64,000 nt of DNA, taken from the NCBI GenBank assembly GCA_050250255.1, contig JBFWOZ010000002.1:6116-70115 (forward strand), given 5' to 3'. Both the position numbers and the translations under genes were made by a program. Shown in pieces: positions 17,565 to 28,097 of the stretch; the first letter of the stretch is position 1; each line of letters starts with the position of its first letter. The DNA is from Bdellovibrionales bacterium (GTDB taxonomy: Bacteria; Bdellovibrionota; Bdellovibrionia; Bdellovibrionales; DASUEL01). The notes beneath the pieces are model-generated. The model was not told the origin of the DNA. It searched no databases and worked only from the letters and a program-made list of their open reading frames with translations.

Positions 17565-18803
17565 ATGTTGTCACGCAAACCTCTTATTATTTTTAGCCTC
17601 CTCTTTTGTCTGCTTTTAGTGAGTTGCTCACAGCAAGAGACAGAACAAGAAAGCTTTGTTCAACCCACCGCTCACTGCGCCTCGCAAGCCGTGTCGGGCC
17701 AGTTCATCGTCCAATGGACCGATGGTCGAGTCAGCGTGGAACACGCCTCCTCGCAAGAAGACTTTTTGGAGAATGTTTTAAAGAAAAATCAAAACCAAAT
17801 TGTGCTCGCAGAACATGATTACCAAATTCGTCTTCAAGATTTTTTGGTTTCTGATGTGGCGCCTATGACAGGTCGTGATCCAACGGATTGGGGTCAAACA
17901 TCTTCTCAAGTACAAACTCTTTGGAACGAGCTTGTGTATGGGCAAAACGTGCTTGTGGCCGTGATCGATACGGGGTCTGACATCACCCATCCGCAGCTCG
18001 CTCCGCAAGTTTACGTCAATAAAAACGAAATTCCTGGCAACGGCATTGACGACGATAACAATGGCTATGTGGATGACATCAGTGGATGGAATTATGTGAC
18101 CGGAACTCCGAATATGGAGGGAGAGCTGACTCACGGAACGCATGTCGCAGGCATTACCGTCGCAAAGCATGGAGCTGGTGAAGTAAAAGGTTTAGCTCCG
18201 AGCGCGAAATTGATTCCTCTAAAATTTATTGATGGGGACGGTGGTTATCTTGGTCATGCGGTCGAAGCGATTCAATACGCCGCCAAAATTGCTGAAAAAG
18301 CGAATCAACCCCTTGTCATTAACGCCAGTTGGGGTGGCTCCGATTGTTCTGCTGTCTTGAAAAGACAAATGGTCGCTCTCGAAGGAAAACGCATTCTCTT
18401 TTCTGTGGCCGCCGGGAACGAACGCCGCAATCTTGATATTTCTCCTGTTTTTCCAGCAGCATTTAATTTAGCGAACCAAATTACCGTGAGTGCCTATTCC
18501 GCTAGAAACGTGATGGCCGATTTTTCTAACTACGGACTTCTCGCCCATGTTGTGGCACCCGGAGTAGATATTTTTAGCACGGTACCAGGTGGATATCTGT
18601 ATTACCATGGCACGAGCATGGCAGCGCCCTTCGTTGCTGGAGCCGCCGCCCTCCTTTGGAGCAAGCACCCTCAAGCGACAACCACAGAAATTCGCCAAGC
18701 GCTTATGGATTCCGTGACCTCAGGAGCTTACGCGGTGAAATCTCGGGGCAGCCTCAACGTTCAACACGCAGCTCAGGTTCTTGCCCAGCGTCTTGGACTC
18801 TAA
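17565..18803 (+). CDS. Subtilisin-like S8 serine peptidase, lipoprotein
   Basis: LVSC lipobox; VIDTG, HGTHVAG, AAGN, GTSMAAP catalytic motifs. Confidence 0.93.
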   Translation: MLSRKPLIIFSLLFCLLLVSCSQQETEQESFVQPTAHCASQAVSGQFIVQWTDGRVSVEHASSQEDFLENVLKKNQNQIVLAEHDYQIRLQDFLVSDVAPMTGRDPTDWGQTSSQVQTLWNELVYGQNVLVAVIDTGSDITHPQLAPQVYVNKNEIPGNGIDDDNNGYVDDISGWNYVTGTPNMEGELTHGTHVAGITVAKHGAGEVKGLAPSAKLIPLKFIDGDGGYLGHAVEAIQYAAKIAEKANQPLVINASWGGSDCSAVLKRQMVALEGKRILFSVAAGNERRNLDISPVFPAAFNLANQITVSAYSARNVMADFSNYGLLAHVVAPGVDIFSTVPGGYLYYHGTSMAAPFVAGAAALLWSKHPQATTTEIRQALMDSVTSGAYAVKSRGSLNVQHAAQVLAQRLGL

Positions 18804-18900
18804 TATTTAAACTGTTGCATTGCGCAAAGCGGACCCTTATAGGCTTTGCCACTGGATCCATCTTCTTATAGTTTTAGGCTCTTTTTTAGAGAGAGTCTGA

Positions 18901-20190
18901 ATGCGATATTACATCGAAGAACTATCCAAATTTAATGGTCAAGAAGTCGAACTTAAGGGCTGGGTCTACAACGTTCGATCTTCTGGAAAAATCAAATTTC
19001 TTTTACTCCGCGATGGAACGGGACTTTGCCAGTGCGTTCTGTTTAAAGGCGATTGCTCCGAAGAATCCTGGAATGAGTTTGAAAAACTCACTCAAGAAAG
19101 CGTCGTAAAAATCACCGGCACCGTTCGTGAAGAAAAGCGAAGCCCTGGTGGCTATGAGTTGGGCGCAAAAAAAATGGAAATCATTTCTATCGCTCAAGAA
19201 TATCCCATTACACCAAAAGAACACGGCACAGAATTCCTCATGGAACACCGTCATCTTTGGGTTCGCTCCAAAAGACAACATGCGATTTTAAGAATTCGTG
19301 CAGAGATTATTAAATCGATTCGTGATTTTTTTGATGGACGTGGGTTTACTCTTTTCGACACTCCTATTTTTACTCCGAGTGCGTGCGAGGGAACATCGAA
19401 CCTTTTTGAAACTCAATACTTCGACCAAAAGTCTTATCTCAGCCAAAGTGGTCAGCTCTACGGCGAAGCGGGAGCCGCGGCGTTTGGAAAAATCTATTGT
19501 TTCGGCCCTACTTTCCGTGCTGAAAAATCAAAGACACGTCGTCACTTGATTGAGTTTTGGATGGTGGAACCAGAGGTTGCGTTCAACGATCTCAACGACA
19601 ACATGGAGCTGGCCGAACAGTTTGTGGAGTACATTGTTCAAAGAACGCTCACGAATCGTAAAGATGAGCTTGCGGCGATCGAAAGAGACATTGAGAAGTT
19701 GAAGCCTATCAAAGGCCCTTTCCCACGTCTTCACTACTCGGAAGCAGCTGCATTGATCAAAAAAGAAAATCCCGCCTTTGTTGTGGGAGATGACTTTGGT
19801 GGCACCGACGAAACCATTGTGAGTTCCAAGTTTGATAAACCTGTTTTTGTTCACCGCTATCCTGCTGCCGTAAAAGCTTTCTACATGAAACAAGATGAAA
19901 AAGAGCCCGGCTCAAGTCTGAGCTGTGATCTTCTGGCGACAGAAGGTTATGGTGAGATCATCGGTGGTGGCCAACGTGAAGACAATTTGGATTTTTTGGT
20001 TTCACGAATCAAAGAACACAATTTACAACAAAAAGATTTTGAATGGTTTTTGGATCTCCGTCGCTATGGAACATTTCCGCACTCTGGTTTTGGCTTAGGT
20101 GTAGAAAGAACCGTCTCTTGGATCTGTGGTCTTCCACATATTCGTGAAACTATTCCGTTTCCTCGACTGTACGGACGAAACTACCCTTAA
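18901..20190 (+). CDS. asnS: Asparagine--tRNA ligase
   Basis: OB fold, [45 protein letters not shown]. Confidence 0.97.
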   Translation: MRYYIEELSKFNGQEVELKGWVYNVRSSGKIKFLLLRDGTGLCQCVLFKGDCSEESWNEFEKLTQESVVKITGTVREEKRSPGGYELGAKKMEIISIAQEYPITPKEHGTEFLMEHRHLWVRSKRQHAILRIRAEIIKSIRDFFDGRGFTLFDTPIFTPSACEGTSNLFETQYFDQKSYLSQSGQLYGEAGAAAFGKIYCFGPTFRAEKSKTRRHLIEFWMVEPEVAFNDLNDNMELAEQFVEYIVQRTLTNRKDELAAIERDIEKLKPIKGPFPRLHYSEAAALIKKENPAFVVGDDFGGTDETIVSSKFDKPVFVHRYPAAVKAFYMKQDEKEPGSSLSCDLLATEGYGEIIGGGQREDNLDFLVSRIKEHNLQQKDFEWFLDLRRYGTFPHSGFGLGVERTVSWICGLPHIRETIPFPRLYGRNYP

Positions 20191-20219
20191 TTTTAAGATA
20201 TAAACTTCGCATCGGAGTC

Positions 20220-21797
20220 ATGGTGGAAAAAGAAACATCAAAAACATCTCGTACGCAAAAGCTCATTGCTGAACTCGAAACGCGCAACGAAAAGGCGCTC
20301 GTTGGTGGTGGCAAAGAGCGAATCGAAAAACAAAAACAGGGTGGTCGGCTTACGGCTCGCGAACGCCTAGATGTTCTTCTCGATCCTTCTAGCTTTATTG
20401 AACTCGACCGCTTCGTCACTCACCGATGTATTAACTTCGGCATGGAACAAAACAAAATTCCTGGCGATGGTGTGATCACGGGTTACGGCCGCATTAACGG
20501 AAAACTCGTTTACGTTTACAGTCAAGATTTCACGGTCTTTGGTGGAAGTCTCTCGGCCACCCAAGCAAAAAAAATCTGTAAGGTTCTCGAACTCGCGATG
20601 AAGAATGGAGCTCCCGTTATTGGTCTCAATGACTCTGGTGGCGCCCGCATTCAAGAGGGCGTAGAAGCTCTCGGTGGATATGCCGATATCTTCTTAAAGA
20701 ACACAATGGCCTCCGGCGTGATTCCTCAGATCAGCGCCATTATGGGCCCCTGTGCAGGCGGCGCGGTTTATAGCCCGAGTATCACCGACTTTATTTTTAT
20801 GGTGAAAAACACAAGCTACATGTTCGTGACTGGCCCTGATGTGATCAAGGCCGTCACTCATGAAAACGTAACAAAAGAAGAGCTCGGTGGCGCAATCACT
20901 CACGCTCAAAAATCCGGCGTTTCTCACTTTGTGACCGAAGACGACAAGCATTGTCTTCTCATGATTCGCGAGCTTCTTAACTTTTTACCAAGCAACAATA
21001 TGGACGATGTTCCAGTGATTCCCACAAAAGATCGCCCGGATCGCGTGGAAAACGCTCTGAATTCGTTGATTCCTGATAATTCAAAAAAGCCCTATGACAT
21101 GCTCGAGCTCATTAAACTCATCGTGGATGAAGGTTATTTTTTGGAAGTGCATAAACACTACGCAAAGAACATCGTTGTCGGTTTTGCGCGATTCAATGGT
21201 CGTAGCGTCGGAATCGTCGCGAACCAGCCTCAAGTTCTTGCAGGCTGCTTAAACATTGAAGCCAGCGTGAAGGCCGCACGCTTTGTTCGGTTCTGTGATG
21301 CTTTTAACATTCCTCTCGTCACACTCGTAGACGTTCCAGGATTTTTGCCAGGTACAGATCAGGAGTGGAACGGTATCATCACACATGGAGCAAAATTGCT
21401 TTATGCCTATGCGGAAGCCACTGTTCCAAAAATCACAATCATTACTCGCAAAGCTTACGGCGGAGCGTACGACGTGATGGCCTCAAAACACATTCGTGCG
21501 GACGTCAACCTCGCTTATCCAACAGCAGAGATTGCTGTGATGGGTGCCGGCGGAGCGGTGAATATTATTTTCCGAGACCAGATCAAAAAAGCAAAAGATC
21601 CTGTCGCAGAGGCGAACAAACTCACAGAAGAGTATGAAAAGACATTCAACAATCCTTACAAGGCAGCTGAGCTTGGTTACATTGATGAAGTGATCGAGCC
21701 TGCTTACACACGCAAGAGAATTGTTGATGCTCTCGAAATGTTAAAAAACAAACGCGATTCGAACCCACCACGTAAGCACGGGAATATTCCTCTCTAG
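20220..21797 (+). CDS. pccB: Acyl-CoA (propionyl-CoA) carboxylase carboxyltransferase subunit
   Basis: [56 protein letters not shown]. Confidence 0.93.
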   Translation: MVEKETSKTSRTQKLIAELETRNEKALVGGGKERIEKQKQGGRLTARERLDVLLDPSSFIELDRFVTHRCINFGMEQNKIPGDGVITGYGRINGKLVYVYSQDFTVFGGSLSATQAKKICKVLELAMKNGAPVIGLNDSGGARIQEGVEALGGYADIFLKNTMASGVIPQISAIMGPCAGGAVYSPSITDFIFMVKNTSYMFVTGPDVIKAVTHENVTKEELGGAITHAQKSGVSHFVTEDDKHCLLMIRELLNFLPSNNMDDVPVIPTKDRPDRVENALNSLIPDNSKKPYDMLELIKLIVDEGYFLEVHKHYAKNIVVGFARFNGRSVGIVANQPQVLAGCLNIEASVKAARFVRFCDAFNIPLVTLVDVPGFLPGTDQEWNGIITHGAKLLYAYAEATVPKITIITRKAYGGAYDVMASKHIRADVNLAYPTAEIAVMGAGGAVNIIFRDQIKKAKDPVAEANKLTEEYEKTFNNPYKAAELGYIDEVIEPAYTRKRIVDALEMLKNKRDSNPPRKHGNIPL

Positions 21798-21806
21798 GAG
21801 ACAATT

Positions 21807-23294
21807 ATGTTTAAGAAAATTCTAATTGCAAATCGAGGAGAAATTGCGATTCGTGTGATTCGTGCCTGCCGTGATCTTGGAATCACTTCTTCTGTCGTGT
21901 ACAGCGATGCGGACCGGAATAGTCTGCACGTCGCTCTTGCCGACGAGGCTCATTACATTGGGCCTGCACCAAGCCGTGAGTCGTATTTAAATATTCCTCG
22001 TCTCATTGACGCCATTAAAGCCTCTCATGCGGACGCTGTTCATCCTGGTTACGGATTCCTCAGTGAAAAATCTTTTTTTGCCACTGAAGTTAAAAAGTTG
22101 GGCGTAGAGTTTATCGGCCCATCTCCTGAGTCTATGGATCTCATGGGAGACAAGCTGGAAGCACGTCGCGTGATGCAAGCCGCTGGCGTACCGATCGTTC
22201 CTGGCAGCAAAGGCTCCGTTCAAACCATGGAAGAAGTTTTAGACGTCGTTAAAGAGATCGGCTATCCCGTCATGATGAAAGCCGCCGCAGGTGGTGGCGG
22301 AAAAGGGATGCGCGTTGTTCGCAAAGCCGAGGAACTTGAGGGCGCTTTTCGTGCCGCTCGCTCCGAGGCTCTTAATTATTTTAGCGACGACACCGTTTAC
22401 ATTGAAAGATTCATTGGCAATCCGAAACACATCGAGATCCAAGTGTTCGGTGATAAGCATGGAAACGTTGTTCACTTGTTTGAGCGCGAATGTTCTCTGC
22501 AACGCCGTCACCAGAAGCTGGTTGAAGAGTCGCCAAGCCCGTCCGTTCCAGAAGAAGTTCGTAAAAAAATGGGCGATATTGCAGTAAAAGCGGCTAAGTC
22601 TATCAATTACGTAGGCGCCGGAACTTTTGAGTTTATTTTCGATGCCGAGAGAAAAGATTTTTACTTCATGGAGATGAACACTCGTCTTCAGGTAGAGCAC
22701 CCGGTCACGGAGATGGTGACCCAAACAGACCTCGTGCAAGAACAGATTTTTGTTGCAGCCGGAAGACCTTTGAGTTTCAAACAAGAAGAGATCATTCAGC
22801 GTGGCCATTCTATCGAAGTTCGAATTTGTGCCGAAGACCCGCTGACGTTTATTCCTTCACCTGGAAAAATTCGCAGATGTCGTCATCCGCAAGGGCCTTA
22901 CGTGCGTGTCGACTCCTGCGCTTATCCAGGTTACGAAGTGCCGATCCATTACGATCCGATGATTGCAAAGCTCATTGTGTGGGGACCTAACCGTCAGCAG
23001 GCGATTTCTCGAATGCAAAGAGCGCTTGCAGAGTTTTCGCTCACTGGAATCAAATCAAATATTAATTTGCACAAATTTATTTTAATGCACCCAAAGTTTG
23101 TAGACGGCTCCTATACAACTCAGTTTTTTGAAACAGAATTTAAGGCCAACCTCGATGATTTTTATCGATTTGTGGACGATCGCGTATTCCTCGTGAGTGC
23201 CGCTATCGAAGCCTACAGTCACCGAAAATCTCAAGGTGTTTGGGATATTAAGATGGCCAGTCGCTGGAAAAACTCTAACCGGGATTTAAGGTAA
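21807..23294 (+). CDS. accC: Biotin carboxylase subunit
   Basis: KILIANRGEIA, HPGYGFLSE, GGGGKGMR, ERECSLQRRHQK, EMNTRLQVEHPVTE. Confidence 0.95.
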   Translation: MFKKILIANRGEIAIRVIRACRDLGITSSVVYSDADRNSLHVALADEAHYIGPAPSRESYLNIPRLIDAIKASHADAVHPGYGFLSEKSFFATEVKKLGVEFIGPSPESMDLMGDKLEARRVMQAAGVPIVPGSKGSVQTMEEVLDVVKEIGYPVMMKAAAGGGGKGMRVVRKAEELEGAFRAARSEALNYFSDDTVYIERFIGNPKHIEIQVFGDKHGNVVHLFERECSLQRRHQKLVEESPSPSVPEEVRKKMGDIAVKAAKSINYVGAGTFEFIFDAERKDFYFMEMNTRLQVEHPVTEMVTQTDLVQEQIFVAAGRPLSFKQEEIIQRGHSIEVRICAEDPLTFIPSPGKIRRCRHPQGPYVRVDSCAYPGYEVPIHYDPMIAKLIVWGPNRQQAISRMQRALAEFSLTGIKSNINLHKFILMHPKFVDGSYTTQFFETEFKANLDDFYRFVDDRVFLVSAAIEAYSHRKSQGVWDIKMASRWKNSNRDLR

Positions 23295-23297
23295 GTT

Positions 23298-23831
23298 ATG
23301 TTTTTTGAAGCTGACCTCAAAAATAGAAAATATAAAATAGAAGTTTTTGAAACTCCCACGCACTGGAAGGTTACTCTCCAGCAAGAAGACAAAGACATCG
23401 AGTACCATCACATTTCAAAAATCGACTACCAAAAGATGGATGATGCCATCAGCTTCATCTTCCAAAATGTTTCATATATGGTTGATGTGGTTTCCAGTGG
23501 CGTTGAATCCATCGTGTATACACGTGGATCTTTTCGTCAAATTACACTCTATAACGATGAACTCTTACTTCATGAAAGCTTAAAGGGCGCAGGCGCACTC
23601 TCTGGTGAAGCGCAAATCACTTCCGGCATGCCAGGCAAGATTGTGAAAGTGAATGTACGCGCAGGTGACAAGGTCTCCGCCGGACAAACACTTGTCGTCA
23701 TGGAAGCCATGAAGATGGAAAATGACCTGAAGGCCCCTCGCGATGTGACCGTTAAAGAGGTCCTCATCAAAGAAGGACAGAGCATTGAATCGGGTACGAC
23801 CCTTGTGACTTTTGAACAGACTGAAAAATAA
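23298..23831 (+). CDS. Biotin carboxyl carrier protein
   Basis: [15 protein letters not shown] biotinylation motif. Confidence 0.92.
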   Translation: MFFEADLKNRKYKIEVFETPTHWKVTLQQEDKDIEYHHISKIDYQKMDDAISFIFQNVSYMVDVVSSGVESIVYTRGSFRQITLYNDELLLHESLKGAGALSGEAQITSGMPGKIVKVNVRAGDKVSAGQTLVVMEAMKMENDLKAPRDVTVKEVLIKEGQSIESGTTLVTFEQTEK

Positions 23832-23841
23832 GATAGTTTCC

Positions 23842-25428
23842 ATGAGTAATAAAAAAACAGACCGCAAAACGACATCGGATATCTCTCTGAAAGAGTTTTA
23901 CACTTCAGAAGATTGGTCTGCCGCGAAAGAGGCCACCGATCTCGGAAGACCTGGCGAAAAACCTTATACTCGTGGTGTGTATTCCAGCATGTATCGTGGT
24001 CGTCATTGGACGATGAGGCAGTACGCAGGATTTGGTTCTGCAAAAGAAAGCAATGAGCGCTACAAACACCTCCTCGCACATGGACAAACCGGCCTCAGCG
24101 TGGCCTTCGATCTCCCCACCCAGATGGGCTACGACTCTGATCATGTGATGGCTTCGGGAGAAGTGGGGAAAGTGGGCGTGGCGATCAGCTCCATTGAAGA
24201 TATGGAAACACTGCTTCGTGATCTTCCTTTAGATAAAATATCTACCAGTATGACCATCAATTCTACGGCTGGAATATTGCTAGCTTTCTATATCGTTGTT
24301 GCTCGCAGACGCGGCCTTGATCAAAAAATTCTTCAGGGCACAATTCAAAACGATATCTTAAAAGAATATATCGCTCGCGGAACTTACATTTACCCTCCCA
24401 AACCCTCTTTGAGAGTGATTACTAACATCTTTGCATACTGCGGGAAGAATGTTCCTAACTGGAATACCATCAGCATCTCGGGATATCACATTCGTGAGGC
24501 CGGAAGTACAGCCGCGCAAGAACTGGCGTTCACTTTGGCCAACGCGACCACTTACGTGCAAGCCGCGATCGAGAGCGGGTTGGACGTTGATTCCTTTGCC
24601 TCGCGGCTCAGTTTCTTTTTTAATGTGCACAATAATTTCTTTGAAGAGATCGCGAAGTATCGAGCCGCACGAAGAATGTGGTCGCGAATTATGTCAGAAC
24701 ACTTTCATGCCAAAAATCCCAACAGCTTCAAGCTTCGCTTTCATTCACAAACCGCCGGAAGCACGCTAACCGCACAGCAGCCCGAAAACAATATCGTTCG
24801 TGTGTCATTACAAGCCCTCGCTTCAGTTTTAGGTGGCACACAAAGTCTTCATACTAACTCTATGGATGAAGCCCTGGGGCTACCGACTGAAAAATCGGCG
24901 ACTATTGCGCTACGAACCCAACAAATTTTAGCTCACGAAACTGGAGTTACGGATGTGGCAGATCCCCTCGCAGGATCTTTCTATGTAGAAAGCCTCACCA
25001 ATGAACTTGAGAAGAAGGCAATTGAATATATGGAGCGCATTCAATCTTTGGGTGGAGTGATCTCTTGCATTGAGAGCGGTTGGATTCAAAACGAAATTCA
25101 CAAGGCGGCCTATGATTTTCAAATGGATCTTGATAAAAAAGATCGCATCGTTGTGGGAGTGAACGATTTTGTATCGAAAAATGAAAAGCCCCCGCAAGTT
25201 TTAAAAATCAACCAGTCGGTCCAAAAAGACCAGATAAATAGATTAAAAAAGTTCAAAGCAAAAAGAGATTCCAAAAGGGTTCAGAAAACCTTAGAGAAGA
25301 TTCGAAACGCCGCCGAAGGAGCTGACAACCTCATGCCACTCTTCATCGAAGCCGTTGATCAAAATGTGACTTTAGGTGAAATCGCAGACGAGCTTCGAGC
25401 TGTCTTTGGACTCTTTCGGCAAAAATAA
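23842..25428 (+). CDS. Methylmalonyl-CoA mutase, substrate-binding (large) subunit
   Basis: [14 protein letters not shown] (Tyr specificity residue typical of MCM), [28 protein letters not shown]; no DxHxxG B12 domain. Confidence 0.93.
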   Translation: MSNKKTDRKTTSDISLKEFYTSEDWSAAKEATDLGRPGEKPYTRGVYSSMYRGRHWTMRQYAGFGSAKESNERYKHLLAHGQTGLSVAFDLPTQMGYDSDHVMASGEVGKVGVAISSIEDMETLLRDLPLDKISTSMTINSTAGILLAFYIVVARRRGLDQKILQGTIQNDILKEYIARGTYIYPPKPSLRVITNIFAYCGKNVPNWNTISISGYHIREAGSTAAQELAFTLANATTYVQAAIESGLDVDSFASRLSFFFNVHNNFFEEIAKYRAARRMWSRIMSEHFHAKNPNSFKLRFHSQTAGSTLTAQQPENNIVRVSLQALASVLGGTQSLHTNSMDEALGLPTEKSATIALRTQQILAHETGVTDVADPLAGSFYVESLTNELEKKAIEYMERIQSLGGVISCIESGWIQNEIHKAAYDFQMDLDKKDRIVVGVNDFVSKNEKPPQVLKINQSVQKDQINRLKKFKAKRDSKRVQKTLEKIRNAAEGADNLMPLFIEAVDQNVTLGEIADELRAVFGLFRQK

Positions 25429-25535
25429 TTTAGTCCCTTCCTCCCTAAGTCTAGAAAACTGTTCATAGAAACACTCAGCACACTTGACCACACCACGGGA
25501 GGTATCTAAAAATAGATTTGTACACCGGAGGATTC

Positions 25536-26180
25536 ATGCGCTTACTCACACTCATCACCTGTCTTTCTACCCTGTTATTTTTAGCCTCTTGCGGAAAAGA
25601 TAAGAAAAAACCAGACGGTGACGATGGCGAGCTCACCCCCCAATCTCCTATTACGGGAAGCTGGACTTCTGAATGCACTCTGGCTCCCGCGCCTCACGGC
25701 GGAAATTATTATCAACTTCACGCCTTGAGGTTCTCTCAATCCACTTACACTTTAGAAACACAGATTTTTTCTGAAAACACTTGCAGCGACTTTCTTAAAA
25801 GAGAATATGTCGTGAAAAAAACGGGACGCCTTGTCACCAGCGAAGATCCCAACAAAGACGATCAACTCCTTCCCATCAACGATGAAGCTGCCGGATATGC
25901 TATTAAGACTTCCAACCCTCAAAATACGGAACTCTTTACACAAGCAAAAGTGTGCGGCGTAACTGATTGGAAGCTTGATACTTATAAATCTGTGTCCGGA
26001 AAAACCTGCTGGAACAAAAATATTTTTGACCTACAAATATTTTATACAACGACCAGAGCTATCAATACTCCAGAAAAAGCAACGCTGGAGTTTGCCGTAA
26101 CAAGCGCGGGTCAAGACGGAAGAAGCCCGGAGAAAAGAGCCACTCAGTTTACTTCATCGCTTATATTTACAAAAAAATGA
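25536..26180 (+). CDS. Hypothetical lipoprotein
   Basis: GGAGG RBS, MRLL...LASC lipobox, ITGSWTSEC beta-barrel-like start. Confidence 0.75.
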   Translation: MRLLTLITCLSTLLFLASCGKDKKKPDGDDGELTPQSPITGSWTSECTLAPAPHGGNYYQLHALRFSQSTYTLETQIFSENTCSDFLKREYVVKKTGRLVTSEDPNKDDQLLPINDEAAGYAIKTSNPQNTELFTQAKVCGVTDWKLDTYKSVSGKTCWNKNIFDLQIFYTTTRAINTPEKATLEFAVTSAGQDGRSPEKRATQFTSSLIFTKK

Positions 26181-26924
26181 TTACACGATTGGCTTAGGTT
26201 TCATAGCGCCCACGAGAATGATACTCATCTCATAAAGCAAAACGATTGGCACTAGCAGAAACAGCATGCTCATCAGATCTGGTGGTGTGATCACAGCGCT
26301 CACCACAGACAATAGTACAATGGCATACCGACGCTTCTCTCTTAAAAACTTTTGATCAATCACACCCATCATTCCCAAAAGAACAATGATCAAAGGAAGT
26401 TCAAAGGCTGCACCAAATATGAGTGTCGTTGAAATGAAAAAAGACAAATAACTATCAATCGTAATCATAGGTCGATCATCGGTGCCGCCAAACGTCAGGA
26501 GGTAATGAAACGCTGACGGGTACACAACAAAATACACAAAGCTTACACCAATGAGAAACATTACGGTTCCAAAACTCAAAAATCCAATCGCATATTTTTT
26601 TTCGTTGCGATAAAGACCCGGGGCTATGAACGCCCACACTTGGTAGAGCCAAAGAGGGCAAGTGAAAATCACTCCCGACAAAATGGCTATTTGAATGTAG
26701 GCCATAAACTTATCCATTACGCCGGTGTACACAAGCCCGCCATCGGGAAGATAAGCAAGAATAGGTTGTCGAATGATTCCAAAAATTTGATCGCTATAAA
26801 TCCAACCCACCGTCGAACCCAAAATAAGAATCCATAAAATTCTCACTACTCGATACCGAAGCTCCGTCAAATGATCTACAAGATGGCCTTCGCCGACAGA
26901 GAGCTTCTCTTGATTAGAAGTCAC
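26181..26924 (-). CDS. tatC: Twin-arginine translocase TatC
   Basis: HLTELR, YQVWAFIAPGLY, FELP, ITPPD, LYE; GTG 26924 has a GGAGG RBS. Confidence 0.96.
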   Translation of the reverse strand: MTSNQEKLSVGEGHLVDHLTELRYRVVRILWILILGSTVGWIYSDQIFGIIRQPILAYLPDGGLVYTGVMDKFMAYIQIAILSGVIFTCPLWLYQVWAFIAPGLYRNEKKYAIGFLSFGTVMFLIGVSFVYFVVYPSAFHYLLTFGGTDDRPMITIDSYLSFFISTTLIFGAAFELPLIIVLLGMMGVIDQKFLREKRRYAIVLLSVVSAVITPPDLMSMLFLLVPIVLLYEMSIILVGAMKPKPIV

Positions 26925-27234
26925 TGGAAGATCCTCCTGGTTTCGGTGTCTGGGAGGCAACGCCCTGTGGTTCTTCTTTTTTTGTTTTTTCCGCGGAGGC
27001 GGTGCTCTCTTCTTCCGTGATACGCTTTAAAAGATCTTCGCGCGTTTTCTGGAGGAATTCATCGGACTTCGTTGTGGCCTCTCGAAAAGATCCCAAGGCT
27101 TCATCGCTCGCTCGCTTCAGCTCATTGAGAAAGCGACCCATCGTCCTGGCAAGTTCTGGAAGCTGTTTGGGACCAATAAAAATAAGTGCGATAACTCCAA
27201 TAACCACGAGCTCGCTGAATCCGATATTAAACAT
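26914..27234 (-). CDS. tatB: Twin-arginine translocase TatB/TatA family
   Basis: MFNIGFSELVVIGVIALIFIGPKQLPELARTMG. Confidence 0.9.
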   Translation of the reverse strand: MFNIGFSELVVIGVIALIFIGPKQLPELARTMGRFLNELKRASDEALGSFREATTKSDEFLQKTREDLLKRITEEESTASAEKTKKEEPQGVASQTPKPGGSSSDF

Positions 27235-27292
27235 ACGAATAGACCCTATCTCACCTCAGACCTTCTGGCAAATGGGAGGGTGCGACCTTGCT

Positions 27293-27928
27293 TTATTGGT
27301 AAGTTTTTTTAACGGAATCCGAGGTAACAATGCCTTTTTCCAGCAATTGATCCCGAGCTAGGCTAGAGCCTGTTTTGACGTATCGCTCATAGAGGCGCAA
27401 AAGATTCTGGTTGTTGTTCATAAGTGATTTTGTACTGATATATGTGAGCACATCTACAAAACCTAGGAACTTCGTTGAGAGCTCTCCGAAGACGCATCGA
27501 TTGTTATCATCACGGACCACCTGAGCTAAGCTTTGGTAGGCCGTGCCGCCCATTTCTGCATAATAATCTATATCCACAACTTTACGATTTAAGGAGTCGC
27601 CAAAAAAGCCGCTGATGTAGAGGGATGTGTCGCCCAGTTTTTTAAAAAGTTCAATTTGAACTGTGGACTGACTGTTGATGGCCTTTAAGAACATTTCGGC
27701 CAAAGTCATTGTTTGTCTTTGTCCAGTTTCGGGCTCAATTTCAAAAAGCTTATCTGTACTGACAAAATTTTCTAAAAGTCCAATGAGGTAGGTTTCTGCA
27801 GGTGGGGTTGTTGTCAATTTTGTGCGAGCAAGGGCATCCCTCACGATTTCCGTGAAAAATTCCCGGGGTTGGATAAACAAACTATGCTTTGACGCTTGAT
27901 TCAGCTTCTTTGTTTTTCCCATAACCAC
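27293..27928 (-). CDS. Hypothetical all-alpha protein
   Basis: 211-aa ORF with KKLGDTSLYISGFF, VDIDYYAEMGG.AY and LLRLYERY segments; upstream of tatB on the same strand. Confidence 0.8.
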   Translation of the reverse strand: MVMGKTKKLNQASKHSLFIQPREFFTEIVRDALARTKLTTTPPAETYLIGLLENFVSTDKLFEIEPETGQRQTMTLAEMFLKAINSQSTVQIELFKKLGDTSLYISGFFGDSLNRKVVDIDYYAEMGGTAYQSLAQVVRDDNNRCVFGELSTKFLGFVDVLTYISTKSLMNNNQNLLRLYERYVKTGSSLARDQLLEKGIVTSDSVKKTYQ

Positions 27929-28055
27929 TCTTTAGTGAGAGCGCTTCCTTCCTCTATTATACTCGAAGTCCCAATTATCATGCGTAGTACCAATGAAATT
28001 AGGACTTTGGGAGAGATGTCCCCCTTTGAGACGGTCGGCCCTCCCCCATAGAAGA

Positions 28056-28082
28056 TTATCGGAATTTATGAAGCTTTTCTTA
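28056..28082 (-). promoter_or_regulatory. Sigma28-type promoter followed by a structured 5' leader
   Basis: Minus strand TAAG-N15-TCCGATAA. Confidence 0.6.
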
Positions 28083-28097
28083 ATTCGTGACAGCTCC

